Source: Desulfatiglandales bacterium
Lineage (GTDB): Bacteria; Desulfobacterota; DSM-4660; Desulfatiglandales; Desulfatiglandaceae
DNA length: 64,000 nucleotides
Assembly (NCBI GenBank): GCA_963666345.1
Contig: OY762721.1
Span: forward strand, 4,098,109 to 4,162,108
Direction: 5' to 3'
In this document: in pieces, positions 20,198 to 31,003 of the stretch
Layout: the number at the start of each line of letters is the position of its first letter
Position numbering within the stretch: the stretch's first letter is position 1
Position numbers and translations under genes: made by a program
Notes under the pieces: model-generated
What the model was told of the DNA's origin: nothing
Database searches by the model: none
Seen by the model: the letters and a program-made list of their open reading frames with translations, nothing else

Positions 20198-21293
20198 CTA
20201 TTTGAGCCTCAGGTAGGCATCAATGAAAGGATCTATCCCACCGTCCATGACCGATTCCACGTTTCCCAGGTCTATGTTCGTGCGGTGATCTTTTACCATC
20301 CTGTATGGATTGAGCACATATGACCTTATCTGACTGCCCCAGGCTATTTCTTTCTGTGAATCGTGCATATTCTGCTTCTTTTGGTCAAGCTTGCCTTTTT
20401 CAAGGTCATAAAGTTTTGATTTCAGCACCTTTAAGGCCATGTCCTTATTTCTATGCTGGGATTTTTCATTCTGACACTGAACAACTATTCCTGTCGGAAA
20501 ATGAGTGATCCTGATAGCTGAACTTGTCTTATTTACATGTTGTCCGCCAGGGCCGCTTGCCCTGAATGTATCGATTCTCAAATCCTTGTCATCTATTTCG
20601 ATTTTTATGTCCCTGTCCACTTCAGGCAATACGGACACCGATGCGAATGAGGTATGTCTTCTCCCTGAGGCATCAAAGGGGGATATCCTGACCAGCCTGT
20701 GTATCCCATGTTCCGACTTTAGGTATCCGTACGCATAGGCTCCTATAACGTTGAATGTCACGTTTTTTATGCCTGCCTCATCACCAGGCAGAAAATCCAT
20801 TATCTCGAACCTTTTGCCCTTATTTTCACTCCAACGGGTATACATCCTGAAGAGCATCTGCGCCCAATCCTGAGCCTCGGTCCCGCCTGCGCCTGCGTTT
20901 ATGGCAATGATTGCATTTCTCTTGTCATCGGGTTCACCGAGGAGTGATTTGAATTCAAGGTCTTTGATTTCCTTTTCAAGGCTGTTGATATCAGAGTATA
21001 CCTCACCAAGGGTATCCTGATCCTTCTCTTCCAGGGCCATCTCTGCGAGAATTTTGGAATCTTCCGATTTCCTGCGGAGGTCCTGCCAGAGACTGATTTT
21101 ATCGCTTAACATCGCCCTCTGCTGGTTAAATTGAGAAATCTCCTCCTGGTCCCTTTGCCAGAAGTCATTACTTGACATTGTCTTTTCTATCTCATCGAGC
21201 TCTTCCTGATTGCTGTCCAAGTCAAAGATGACCTCTTAACTTATCCAGATGGCTCATAATGTTTTCAATTTTTGTCAAAATTTCCGAATTCAT
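20198..21293 (-). CDS. prfB: Peptide chain release factor 2, programmed +1 frameshift
   Basis: SD AAGGAG, ATG 21293, MNSEILTKIENIMSHLDKLRGHL then CTT TGA C (21227-21221) with internal SD-like AGAGG; +1 frame carries SPF and GGQ. Confidence 0.96.
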
Positions 21294-21648
21294 ATCTATT
21301 CTCCTTCCAATATGCCGTTTCCGGCATGACAATAGGGCTTATAGTCCTTTGTTTGAATTTCTAATTTATTTCCGGCCGGCAATGGTCCTTTTGCGCGATA
21401 TCCGAATCAACCTGAATGCCGCTTTAGCAACATGCGATATGTCATATGTGAGTCTGCACCCAGGCTCACCCTCTGCTGGCCCGGTTTCCCGGCTTCTTGA
21501 TCTTGGATGAAATTCCCTGTTTACGATCCTGAAATATGTAAACGCCCATGATTTGATTTATGATTGTGCGCTAATCCAATGTTAACGGGTATGGGGGACA
21601 ATTTCAAGCCCCCCTAAAACAGATGTTCATATTATATTTATAAAAGAA

Positions 21649-22272
21649 TATTTAACAACCACCCCTAAAAGGGGTGGACTAAAAGGTGACCCTAAAAGGG
21701 TAACATTTACATCCTTATACTAAGCAATTACATGCGCTTATCTTTTTCCAACTGCCATTTGACATACTTTCTGATCTTCTCCTCATCCAGTCCTATGGTA
21801 CTGACACAGTATCCCTTCGCCCAAAAATGCCTTCCCCAGTACCGCCTTTCCAACTCCAGATGCCTATCAAAGATCTTTATGGCGCATTTGCCTTTCAAAA
21901 AACCTGTTACTTCCGAAACCGATAACTTCGGTGGTATTGATATCACAAGATGCACATGGTCTTTCTGGACATTCATTTCCAGAATTTCAAGCTTCTTCCA
22001 TTCGCACAGCTGCTTTATAATTTCACAGACTGATTTTCTTACTGCACCTTTCAGAATCCTGAATCGATATTTCGGGCACCAAACTATGTGGTATTTGCAA
22101 TCCCAGATCGCATGTGCTAATTTTCTAAAATCATTCATTGAATACCTCCTTTTATCTTCAGGGTCACCTACCCCGATATTATGGAGGTATTCTTTTTTTG
22201 TCACCACCACGCTACCCGCTTAGCATAGCTGGGACCCACCAGTAAAACTGGTGGATTAAGGGGTTATTTAAA
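21649..22272 (-). mobile_element. IS200-type insertion sequence (tnpA only), copy A
   Basis: About 624 bp near-identical to 60021-60644; subterminal hairpins CCACCAGT-AAA-ACTGGTGG and CCACCCCT-AAA-AGGGGTGG; no terminal inverted repeats. Confidence 0.92.
21728..22138 (-). CDS. tnpA: IS200/IS605 Y1 transposase
   Basis: CKYHIVWCPKYR, HUH motif DHVH, FWAKGY, catalytic Y in KYVKWQ; SD AAGGAGG before ATG 22138. Confidence 0.93.
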   Translation of the reverse strand: MNDFRKLAHAIWDCKYHIVWCPKYRFRILKGAVRKSVCEIIKQLCEWKKLEILEMNVQKDHVHLVISIPPKLSVSEVTGFLKGKCAIKIFDRHLELERRYWGRHFWAKGYCVSTIGLDEEKIRKYVKWQLEKDKRM

Positions 22273-22622
22273 GTAAATATATTTATGGTTTTTCTCCAAC
22301 TTAGTTGTAGAAATACAAGCACCGAGTCTCCGAGGAAGGGGCTGAGCGCTTGTATTTCTTTCGTAGTTCACTTGGACCCAAGCCCGGAGCGGTTAAGTCA
22401 CATCGACTGTAACTAGACCATCAACACTATGAACCTTGGCCTCTTCTTCAAGCAATCGCCGCGTCGCTGCATAGGGAGCCTTGAATCCACGGCCTTTGAA
22501 CTCCATGGGTTTATACCTGTTCAGCCCTGTTTAAGAACAGGTAATCGGCAGATACTCAATATGTTTGAAAGATACAACCTAAAGGGGGCAGGGCCATAAA
22601 GTTTCAGCGCCTTAGATACGTG

Positions 22623-24257
22623 CTAAAAGAGACCCGGGCCGTCGTCCGGTTTTTCATCCTTTGAAAAAATGCCATTTTTTGTGTGGAGTTTCCTTTTGAT
22701 CAACAGGCTCATCAAGATTGTCAAGGCAAGGACAAGTGTTGATAGCGCAAATATGTCGCCGAAACGTGTATATAAACTCATGTGTCGCTTGTTGATTCGT
22801 ACCGAATGCGTCAATGTCTCTTCCGTGAAAAGACCTCCCTTTTTGAGTATTCTTCCTCTGGAATCTATAAAGGCGCTTATGCCCGTATTGGCCGCTCTTA
22901 CGACAGAAATGCGGGTTTCAACAGCACGAAAGACGGTCATTGCCAGATGCTGGTATGGTGCGCTGGTTTTCCCAAACCAGGCGTCATTGGTCATGTTTAC
23001 GATCAGGTTGGCACCTTCCTTTGCAAGGGTGCGAGCGATCTCCGGAAAAATTGCCTCAAAACATATCAGGACTCCCAGGCTCTGTCCTTTGTCATTAAGT
23101 GGTTTGATCGTTTTTCCGTGTATGAAATCCCCGGCTGATGGAACGAGACGATTGATAAAAAACAGGAATCTCTTTAGAGGAACATATTCACCAAAAGGCA
23201 CAAGGTGGTTTTTATCGTAATACTGAAGGTTTTTACCTTCCGGATTTATGAGATAGGCCCTGTTAAGATAAGATACTTCCAGATCGGTTTTAGTGTAAGC
23301 CGGGCTTCCGAACAGCAGGGATGCACCGGTTTTTTCAGAAAGAGTCCGGACAGCAGGGGTGTATTCCCTGCTATTCTGGAAAAAGAATGGAACAGCCGTT
23401 TCAGGCCATATGATCAGTTCGGGTGAATCGCAAACAAGGGAGAGTGTGAGCCTTTTAAGTACCGACATAGTCTTTTCCCGGTATGTCGGATCCCACTTAA
23501 CGGATTGATCGATATTGGGCTGGACGATCGCGGTCCTTAGATATACCGGGGTTGCTTCCATATCCGGATTACCGGATAGCTGATATTGCCCGTAGAGGAT
23601 CGTTGCCCCGAGCAGGATGCAGGCGGTACTAATCTCAAGTCTCAGAGATTTTATCGTCCTTGAGCTGCTCAGTATAAGTAGCTGAATAACAACATTTGTA
23701 TGGACAATAATAAATGATATGCCGTAGACGCCAAAGATATCGGAAATCTGAATTAGGGTAAGGTTGCTGTATTGGGAATATCCCATAAGGCACCAAGGAA
23801 ACCCGGTAAAGAGAATAGAACGCAGATACTCAAGACTGACCCATGTTGCAGGAACAGCTAAAGCGGCAACCCTGCGGTTTTGAAAAGGCAGAATAATCGT
23901 GCTGAAAACCGCCGGGTAGATAGACATATAAAGGCAAAGGAGTGCAAACGGGCCTATGCTTATGAGGATATTAATGTTTCCGTAGTGGGATAAAACCACT
24001 ACGATCCAGTAGAGAAGAGTAATGGAATGAAAAAATCCGGTTATAAGCCCAAGCTTAAAGGCTGCCCGGGGAGAAACTCCCCTGAGCCTTATAAGAAGAG
24101 GAATCAGCGCAAACCAAGCCAACCAGCTTAAATCCAGGGGCGGAAAGGATGCCGTAAGCATCAATCCTGAGAGGGCTGCGCAGGCAATATCTGCTGAGCT
24201 TGGCTTTCCGCGCCTATTTGTTGTTAATGATTTGGGTTGAAGCTTTGCAAGGGCCAT
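22623..24257 (-). CDS. lnt: Apolipoprotein N-acyltransferase
   Basis: GFPW, QPNI, WPETA, KNHLVPFGEY, ICFEAIF, TNDAWFG, RAANTGIS. Confidence 0.96.
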   Translation of the reverse strand: MALAKLQPKSLTTNRRGKPSSADIACAALSGLMLTASFPPLDLSWLAWFALIPLLIRLRGVSPRAAFKLGLITGFFHSITLLYWIVVVLSHYGNINILISIGPFALLCLYMSIYPAVFSTIILPFQNRRVAALAVPATWVSLEYLRSILFTGFPWCLMGYSQYSNLTLIQISDIFGVYGISFIIVHTNVVIQLLILSSSRTIKSLRLEISTACILLGATILYGQYQLSGNPDMEATPVYLRTAIVQPNIDQSVKWDPTYREKTMSVLKRLTLSLVCDSPELIIWPETAVPFFFQNSREYTPAVRTLSEKTGASLLFGSPAYTKTDLEVSYLNRAYLINPEGKNLQYYDKNHLVPFGEYVPLKRFLFFINRLVPSAGDFIHGKTIKPLNDKGQSLGVLICFEAIFPEIARTLAKEGANLIVNMTNDAWFGKTSAPYQHLAMTVFRAVETRISVVRAANTGISAFIDSRGRILKKGGLFTEETLTHSVRINKRHMSLYTRFGDIFALSTLVLALTILMSLLIKRKLHTKNGIFSKDEKPDDGPGLF

Positions 24258-24294
24258 TGGCTTTAGAAATAAGGATCCGAATAAAAGATGTGGT

Positions 24295-25164
24295 TCATCT
24301 ATGAGTCTGCGTTCCTGCGGATTCCGGAGGGCTCGTGCGGGTGATTAGGACTGAATCGATTTTGCGTTGATCTGCCTTCTTTATTATCAATTCCAGGTCC
24401 TCAAATGATATTTTTTCGTTGGTTCTTGGTATTCTTCCAAGCAAATGAATGATAAACCCACCAACAGATTCGAAGTCCCCTTTTGGAAAGTGCGCATTGA
24501 GATGCTCTTCCAGCTTTTCGATTTCAAGCCTTGCATCTACCAGTACTGATCGTTCATCCATTACTTTTAAAAGCGACTGCTCATTATCGTGCTCATCCTG
24601 AATTTCTCCGACTATTTCTTCCAGTATGTCCTCAATAGTGATAATTCCGGCGGTGCCGCCATACTCGTCGGTCACGATGGCAAGGTGCATTTTTTTCTCT
24701 TTTAGATCTTTCAGCAATTCAATCGCCTTTTTTGTCGTTGGGACAAAAAAGGGCTTCCTTAAGTTATCGAAAGGTATTTTGGATCCGGAATCCTTACCCC
24801 AGAGCCTTAGAATATCTTTTGCGTGGAGGATACCGACTATCTTGTCCAGGCCTTTTTCGTATATGGGTATTCTGGTGTGACCGCAGTCGGTAACCAGCCC
24901 GATGAATTGAGAAAGGGTTGAATCCAGGGGAGCTGATGAGATTTCAGTGCGAGGAATCATTATGGAATGGACCTGAGTCTGTTTGAGCTCAAGCACCCCG
25001 TTTACCATATGGGTCTCTTCATCACTGACAAAACCCCTCGCCTGACCCTCATCCATCAAATCATGAATTTCTTCGGCAAGGTCACTACTGTTGCCGATAG
25101 GGTTTTTTTTCTTTAAAAGAGATAGGAAGCGAGCAAAAAGCCCCTTTTCCGGGTCTTCTTCCAA
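24295..25164 (-). CDS. CorC/HlyC family CBS-domain protein
   Basis: MIPRT, GHTRIPIY, DEYGGTAGIITIEDILEEIVGEIQDEHD; upstream of lnt as usual. Confidence 0.9.
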   Translation of the reverse strand: MEEDPEKGLFARFLSLLKKKNPIGNSSDLAEEIHDLMDEGQARGFVSDEETHMVNGVLELKQTQVHSIMIPRTEISSAPLDSTLSQFIGLVTDCGHTRIPIYEKGLDKIVGILHAKDILRLWGKDSGSKIPFDNLRKPFFVPTTKKAIELLKDLKEKKMHLAIVTDEYGGTAGIITIEDILEEIVGEIQDEHDNEQSLLKVMDERSVLVDARLEIEKLEEHLNAHFPKGDFESVGGFIIHLLGRIPRTNEKISFEDLELIIKKADQRKIDSVLITRTSPPESAGTQTHR

Positions 25165-25321
25165 GAATAAAAGATCTCCGCTGTTATTTTAAATTTAATA
25201 TACCAAAAACAAACCTATCAACAGATAGGTCAATAGACTAATACTTTATTGAAAATTCTATTTTTGTGATATCATAATGTCAAGAAATTTGCTTTTAAAG
25301 GCTTGAGATGAAATATACCAC

Positions 25322-25350
25322 TTGACTGAGGTATGCCCCTGTAGTATATT
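25322..25350 (+). promoter_or_regulatory. sigma70-like promoter of tRNA-Gly
   Basis: TTGACT-17 bp-TATATT. Confidence 0.6.
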
Positions 25351-25418
25351 TTTGAGTCATTACATTTGCTTGTTGTTTGTTTTGAGGATTGTTTCTGAGT
25401 TAAACGACATTGAAATGC

Positions 25419-25494
25419 GCGGGCATAGCTCAGTTGGTAGAGTACAAGCTTCCCAAGCTTGGGGTCGCGGGTTCGAACCCCGTTGCCCGCTCCA
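25419..25494 (+). tRNA. tRNA-Gly (CCC)
   Basis: 76 nt cloverleaf: acceptor GCGGGCA/TGCCCGC, anticodon arm CAAGC-TTCCCAA-GCTTG, GGTTCGAACC T-arm, encoded CCA. Confidence 0.98.
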
Positions 25495-25657
25495 TTTTGT
25501 ATCCAGGTATTTTTTGGCCTGATACCCTTTTTGAGGTTCCCGACTGTCTTCAACCGGGTGTTACTTCGAATTGCGGACGTGGCAATGGCAAGTATTTCCC
25601 ATTTAAGGATGTTATGTAAAAAAAGATGCTTAACATTCTAGCTAGTCTGCAAGTCGG

Positions 25658-25685
25658 AAGCGGGCCAAAAGCCCGCTTTTTTGTT
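25658..25685 (+). terminator. rimP-leader type terminator/attenuator hairpin
   Basis: AAGCGGGC-CAAAA-GCCCGCTT plus T-tract directly upstream of rimP. Confidence 0.75.
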
Positions 25686-25741
25686 ATCTTTATCAGCGGG
25701 TGCTTAATAATAATATAATGATAAATCAAATAGTTAAGGTT

Positions 25742-26221
25742 ATGGAAACTTCAGATTCCGCAGATACGCTTTTGAGTAAGATTGATCGCCTGATAGAGCC
25801 TGTTGCAGAGGAGATGGGATTTGAATTAGTAGACACCGAATATTTGTGTGAGAATGGCAGATGGGTATTGCGGGTATATTTGGATAAGGAAGGCGGAATT
25901 ACAATAGATGATTGTGCAACCTCAAGCCGGGAAATCGGCGGCCTTATAGATATAAAGGAAGTTTTTGACCATGGATATGTGCTTGAGGTTTCCTCCCCGG
26001 GCCTAAACAGGCGGCTTAGGAGAGAAAAGGACTTTATGGATGTCCTGGATAAAATGGTTAAGATTACAATGTCTAAGCCGCTTGATGGACGTCGAAATTT
26101 TAAAGGGCGACTGTCAAGAGTTCAAGATGGAATTTTACATATTGTTATTGAAAATGAGATAGTTGAGATTCCGTTGCAAGGGGTGAAAAAGGCCAACCTT
26201 ATTTATGAATTTGGCTCATAA
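25742..26221 (+). CDS. rimP: Ribosome maturation factor RimP
   Basis: LRVYLDKEGGITIDDC, YVLEVSSPGL.R.L; precedes nusA; start uncertain (25700-25742). Confidence 0.95.
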   Translation: METSDSADTLLSKIDRLIEPVAEEMGFELVDTEYLCENGRWVLRVYLDKEGGITIDDCATSSREIGGLIDIKEVFDHGYVLEVSSPGLNRRLRREKDFMDVLDKMVKITMSKPLDGRRNFKGRLSRVQDGILHIVIENEIVEIPLQGVKKANLIYEFGS

Positions 26222-26251
26222 AGATACAACAATTTTGGTGGAGTACTGAAG

Positions 26252-27631
26252 ATGATATCAGATTTGACGAGAATGATAGACCAGGTAAGCCGTGAGAAAG
26301 GGGTGGATCAAGATGTGCTGATCGGTGCGCTGGAGGAAGCGGTCCGTACGGCAGCACGCAAGTCTTTTGGCCCTGATTACGAGCTTGAGGTTTCTTATAA
26401 TGAGGAATTGGGCGAGATTGAGGTGTTTGAGTTCAAAGAGGTTGTAGAGAAGGTCGAAAGTGAACACCTTGAAGTATCGCTTGAGGAGGCAAAGGAGCTG
26501 GATCCGGAATCTGAAATAGGTGACAGTCTCGGCATGAAAATGGACACGGATACCTTTGGAAGAATCGCCGCCCAATCTGCGAAACAGGTTATAATGCAGC
26601 GCCTGAAAGAGGCTGAGCGTGATATCGTTTATGACGATTTCAAGGACAGACGTGGAGAGATAATCAATGGTATTGTGCAGAGGTTTGACCGGGGCTCGAT
26701 TATCGTGAATCTGGGAAGGACCGAAGCAGAATTGCCGGTGAAAGAACAGGTGCCAAGGGATTCCTACAAACAGGGTGATCGTATCAGGGCGTATATCCTT
26801 GATATAAAGCAGTTCAGCCGCGGTCCCCAGATAATAATTTCCCGTACGCATCCAAACTTTGTCTCGGCCTTATTTGAAAACGAGGTCCCTGAAATAGCTG
26901 AAAGAATTGTTCAGATAGTGCAGGTGGCGAGGGAACCTGGAAACAGGTCTAAGATAGCGGTTACGTCTAAAGACGGTGATGTGGATCCGGTAGGGGCATG
27001 TGTCGGAATGAAAGGAAGAAGGGTCCAGGCCGTTGTCCAGGAGCTGCGTGGAGAAAAAATCGATATTGTTACGTGGGACCAAGACCCTGCAAAATTTATA
27101 TGTAACGCGCTTGCTCCGGCAGAAATTGTTAGGGTGGTCGTTGATGAGACGAACCATTCGATGGAGGTCGTTGTTCCTGACGACCAGTTATCTCTTGCAA
27201 TAGGGAAAAGGGGCCAGAATGTGCGGCTGGCGTCACGTCTTACCGGATGGAAGCTTGATGTAGTAGGTGAAACTTCCTATAACGACAACCTTAAGCATGG
27301 GTTTAAATCGCTGCTTGACCTTCCGGGGGTGGGGGAAAAGATCGCCTCCGAGCTTTATGAGGAGGGATTTGGTTCTGCAGAAGATATAGCCAAATCAGGG
27401 GTGGATGATTTGAAATCGGTGTCAGGTGTAAGCAAGGATAAGGCGACCACTCTCATTGAAGATGCCATCTCATATGTAAATAGTAAAAAGAAATCAGAAA
27501 AAGATGCTGAAGAAGGCGATGTGGAAAATGAATCCGGCGAAGCAGCAGCGGATCCTGAGCCTCAGAATCCGGATGATAAAGAAAAGGTTGAGTCCGGAGC
27601 GGAAGTGGACAACGATAATGAGGGCGACTAG
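26252..27631 (+). CDS. nusA: Transcription factor NusA
   Basis: FGRIAAQSAKQVI, S1, AREPG.RSKIAV, DPVGACVG, AIGKRGQNVRLA, HhH tail. Confidence 0.98.
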   Translation: MISDLTRMIDQVSREKGVDQDVLIGALEEAVRTAARKSFGPDYELEVSYNEELGEIEVFEFKEVVEKVESEHLEVSLEEAKELDPESEIGDSLGMKMDTDTFGRIAAQSAKQVIMQRLKEAERDIVYDDFKDRRGEIINGIVQRFDRGSIIVNLGRTEAELPVKEQVPRDSYKQGDRIRAYILDIKQFSRGPQIIISRTHPNFVSALFENEVPEIAERIVQIVQVAREPGNRSKIAVTSKDGDVDPVGACVGMKGRRVQAVVQELRGEKIDIVTWDQDPAKFICNALAPAEIVRVVVDETNHSMEVVVPDDQLSLAIGKRGQNVRLASRLTGWKLDVVGETSYNDNLKHGFKSLLDLPGVGEKIASELYEEGFGSAEDIAKSGVDDLKSVSGVSKDKATTLIEDAISYVNSKKKSEKDAEEGDVENESGEAAADPEPQNPDDKEKVESGAEVDNDNEGD

Positions 27632-27860
27632 GCACATACCTATGAGGATGTGCATATCCTGTCGGGCAAGAAGACCGAAGGATGAGATGATAAGGCTGAG
27701 TGTCGATTCAGATAAAAGGGTCGATATAGACAAACAAGGAAAAGCCGAGGGGCGTGGGGCCTATGTGTGCAAAAGTGAAAGCTGCCTTGAGCAGATAGGA
27801 AAGAGGCCTAATCTTGTTTTCAAGGCCTTCAGGAACTGCGGACGGCTTATAATTCCTTAA
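27618..27860 (+). CDS. ylxR: YlxR/DUF448 family protein
   Basis: P.RMCISCR...K...IR...GRGAYVC...C between nusA and infB. Confidence 0.88.
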   Translation: MRATRHIPMRMCISCRARRPKDEMIRLSVDSDKRVDIDKQGKAEGRGAYVCKSESCLEQIGKRPNLVFKAFRNCGRLIIP

Positions 27861-28007
27861 GACCCCCTGGCAGATGAAGCATATTTGATAAGAGATTTTG
27901 ACGCTTTGATTTTTTTGGAGATTTTTTTGTGGTGATTACAAGACAGTGAAATTACCGGTAAATGAGCGGGAACACTGTTTAAGGCTAGAAGCTTTTTGGG
28001 GGAGTAT

Positions 28008-30653
28008 ATGGCGAAGGTTAGAGTCTATGAGCTAGCCAGAGATTTGAACGTAGACAGCAAGGATCTGGTCGATAAACTTGTCGCGGGCGGTATGGATGTC
28101 AAAAATTACATGAGTACCCTTGACGATGAAAATATCAGGAAGGCGCGGGAAATTTTTTCCGGGGTAGTATCTGAGGTTATTGAAGAAAAACGGATTAAAC
28201 CTACGGTTATTCGACGCCGGAAGAAAAAAAAGGTGGAAAAGCAGCCTTCCATTGAAGAAGTTTCCGTGGAAGAACTCGAGCCTGAACATGTTGAAGCTGT
28301 TGAGCCGGTCGCAGAGGTCACTGATAGGCAGATTGAAACGGAGGAAAAACCAGCGTCTGAAACGGCTGAGGAATCTCGACAGGTGGAAGAAACAGCTCCC
28401 ACTGCTGAGGCCGAAAGCGAGGAAGAAGCTGAGGAAAAAACGACCGAAGCCCTGGAGGCGGAGAAGAGGATAGAAAAATCTGTCACCCCCAAGGTAAAGG
28501 GCAAAAAAACCAAAAAGAAGAAATTCGACCAGCCGGCGAAAATAATCAAGAGACCGGATGTGGTTCCTCCTGTTGCCCCTGTTGTTGAAGATTTCGAAGA
28601 AGCAGACCCGAAGACCAAAATACCAGAGCCCCCAGTGGCTGAACCGATAGGTTTAAAAAAGGAAGAAGCAGCACCTGAGGCGAAAAAGGGTAAACCAGCA
28701 AGGAAGAAAAAGGACAGAAGGAAAAAAGAGGCTACAGTAGAAAAACTGGATGCCCCTCTTCGGCATAAAAAGAAAGAGATATATGAGAGAGCCGATCTAT
28801 ATAAGGGCCGACCTGGAAAGGCAAAGTCAAAAAAAGGAGCAGGTAGGTCTAAAGAGGGTATAAAGAAGACCAAACATACCGAAATTACCGTGCCCAAGGC
28901 TATAAAAAGGCGAATAAAAATCCAGGAGTCCGTTACAATCGCTGAAATTGGAAAGGCCATGGGGATAAAGGCGGTGGATATCATAAAGAAGCTTTTTTCC
29001 ATGGGTTTTCCAGCGGCTATTAACCAATCCATCGATTTTGAGACGGCCTCACTTGTCGCATATGAGTTCGGATATGAAGTCGAACTTGATACATTCGAAG
29101 AGGATGAGATTATCCATGAGCAGGAGGATAGACCTGAGGACCTTCAGACCAGACCGCCTGTCGTAACAATAATGGGACATGTCGATCACGGTAAGACTTC
29201 ACTGTTGGACTATATCCGTAATTCCAATATAATTGACGGTGAATCCGGAGGCATAACTCAGCATATCGGCGCGTACTACGTCGAAACCAAAGGTGGAAAT
29301 GTCGTTTTCCTTGATACCCCCGGGCATGAAGCCTTTACTGCTATGAGGGCCAGGGGCGCTAAGGTAACCGATATAATTGTTTTGATCGTTGCCGCGGACG
29401 ACGGTGTTATGCCTCAGACGAGAGAGGCTGTAAATCACGCCAGGGCTGCCGATATTCCGATAGTAGTCGCCGTAAACAAAATTGACAAGGTGGATGCGGA
29501 CAGGGAAAAAGTTAAAAGGGAACTTTCGGACCTGGATCTTGCTCCTGAAGAATGGGGCGGTGATACAATCTATGGATATATATCTGCAAAGACGGGTGAA
29601 GGTGTAGATGATCTTTTGGGTCTGATATTGCTCCAGGCCGAAATGATGGAACTCAAGGGTAATCCGAGCAAGGCGGCAAGAGGCACAGTAATAGAGGCGA
29701 AACTGGATAAGAGCAGAGGGCCTATTGCGACCGTTCTTGTCAGTAACGGTGCTTTGAAACAGGGCGATTACTTCATATGCGGCGAGTATCACGGAAAAGT
29801 AAGGGCCATGCTTAATCATCGCGGGGAGAGAATGAAATCAGCCGGCCCTTCCGTGCCGAGTGAGGTTTACGGTATATCGGGTGTCCCAATGGCAGGTGAT
29901 GAATTTATAGTAGTCAAAGATGAAAAGACTGCCAAGAGCATAATCGAAAATCGAAAGATGAAATCTAAAAAGCCTGAAGTCGCTAAGAGGGGGGTAGTGA
30001 GCCTCGACGATCTGTTTGAGAGAATGAAGGAAGGCGAAGTAAAAGAGCTCAACATCATCATAAAGGCAGACGTTCAGGGTTCGCTTGAGGCCCTGTCGGA
30101 CTCTCTGATCAAACAGAGTACTGAAGAGGTCAAAGTGAACATTATTCATTCGGCAACAGGTACGGTTAGTGAATCTGACATCATGCTGGCTTCCGCCTCA
30201 GGTGCAATCATAATCGGCTTTAACGTGAGGGCAAATTCACGAGTATCGGAAATGGCCGAAAAGGAAAGTGTGGATATACATTACTATGACGTCATATATA
30301 ATGCCATAAAGGAAGTCAGGCTGGCGATGGCGGGATTGCTTGAACCTGTATATGAGGAGCATATAATAGGAAGAGTCGATATAAAGGAAATTTTCAAGGT
30401 TCCTAAAATCGGTACAGTGGGTGGTTGTTATGTAACTGATGGGCATGTTGAAAGAAATGCTCGTGTCAGACTTCTTCGAGATGATGTCGTAGTATTTGAC
30501 GGAAAAATATCTTCTCTGAGAAGATTCAAGGATGATGTTAAAGAGGTCCAGTCAGGGTATGAATGCGGGATCGGACTAGAAAATTTTAACGATATCAAAC
30601 CGGGTGACACCTTTGAAATTTACTATATGGAAGAAATGGAGGCAGAGCTCTAA
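28008..30653 (+). CDS. infB: Translation initiation factor IF-2
   Basis: [40 protein letters not shown]. Confidence 0.98.
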   Translation: MAKVRVYELARDLNVDSKDLVDKLVAGGMDVKNYMSTLDDENIRKAREIFSGVVSEVIEEKRIKPTVIRRRKKKKVEKQPSIEEVSVEELEPEHVEAVEPVAEVTDRQIETEEKPASETAEESRQVEETAPTAEAESEEEAEEKTTEALEAEKRIEKSVTPKVKGKKTKKKKFDQPAKIIKRPDVVPPVAPVVEDFEEADPKTKIPEPPVAEPIGLKKEEAAPEAKKGKPARKKKDRRKKEATVEKLDAPLRHKKKEIYERADLYKGRPGKAKSKKGAGRSKEGIKKTKHTEITVPKAIKRRIKIQESVTIAEIGKAMGIKAVDIIKKLFSMGFPAAINQSIDFETASLVAYEFGYEVELDTFEEDEIIHEQEDRPEDLQTRPPVVTIMGHVDHGKTSLLDYIRNSNIIDGESGGITQHIGAYYVETKGGNVVFLDTPGHEAFTAMRARGAKVTDIIVLIVAADDGVMPQTREAVNHARAADIPIVVAVNKIDKVDADREKVKRELSDLDLAPEEWGGDTIYGYISAKTGEGVDDLLGLILLQAEMMELKGNPSKAARGTVIEAKLDKSRGPIATVLVSNGALKQGDYFICGEYHGKVRAMLNHRGERMKSAGPSVPSEVYGISGVPMAGDEFIVVKDEKTAKSIIENRKMKSKKPEVAKRGVVSLDDLFERMKEGEVKELNIIIKADVQGSLEALSDSLIKQSTEEVKVNIIHSATGTVSESDIMLASASGAIIIGFNVRANSRVSEMAEKESVDIHYYDVIYNAIKEVRLAMAGLLEPVYEEHIIGRVDIKEIFKVPKIGTVGGCYVTDGHVERNARVRLLRDDVVVFDGKISSLRRFKDDVKEVQSGYECGIGLENFNDIKPGDTFEIYYMEEMEAEL

Positions 30654-30658
30654 TAAAA

Positions 30659-30946
30659 ATGGTGGTAGGTACCGTTAAGGTCCAATTTATGCTAACTGAC
30701 AACCGTTCCCTGAAAGGGAAGCGGAAAGTAGTCAGAAGTATGATTGATAAAGTAAAGTCGCGATTCAATGTGTCCATCGCCGAAATCGGATCAAATGATA
30801 AATGGCAGAAAATCGAATTGGGAATCACGGCAGTGGGTAATGACAGACGGCATATCGACGGATCACTCAATCATGTAATTTCATTTCTTGAATCACTCTG
30901 CTTGGCTGAGTTAATAAATTCGGAAATGGATATAATAAATATCTAG
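30659..30946 (+). CDS. DUF503 family protein (YlxP)
   Basis: SLKGKR.VV......FNVSIAE...DKWQ; position after infB. Confidence 0.88.
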   Translation: MVVGTVKVQFMLTDNRSLKGKRKVVRSMIDKVKSRFNVSIAEIGSNDKWQKIELGITAVGNDRRHIDGSLNHVISFLESLCLAELINSEMDIINI

Positions 30947-31003
30947 ATCAGGATAAAACAAACAGGCGGAGTGCAGCGCCGATAGAGAATGTTGAGGAAT
31001 TTT

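Noticed and set aside
21732..22223. 163-aa plus-strand ORF (also 60104-60595)
   Set aside because: Antisense shadow of tnpA; repeated only because the IS is duplicated.
25419..25700. Integrative element at tRNA-Gly
   Set aside because: No integrase and no duplicated tRNA 3' end was seen; core genes follow directly.
28106..29032. 308-aa minus-strand Ser/Phe-rich ORF
   Set aside because: Antisense shadow of the Glu/Lys-rich IF-2 N-terminus.
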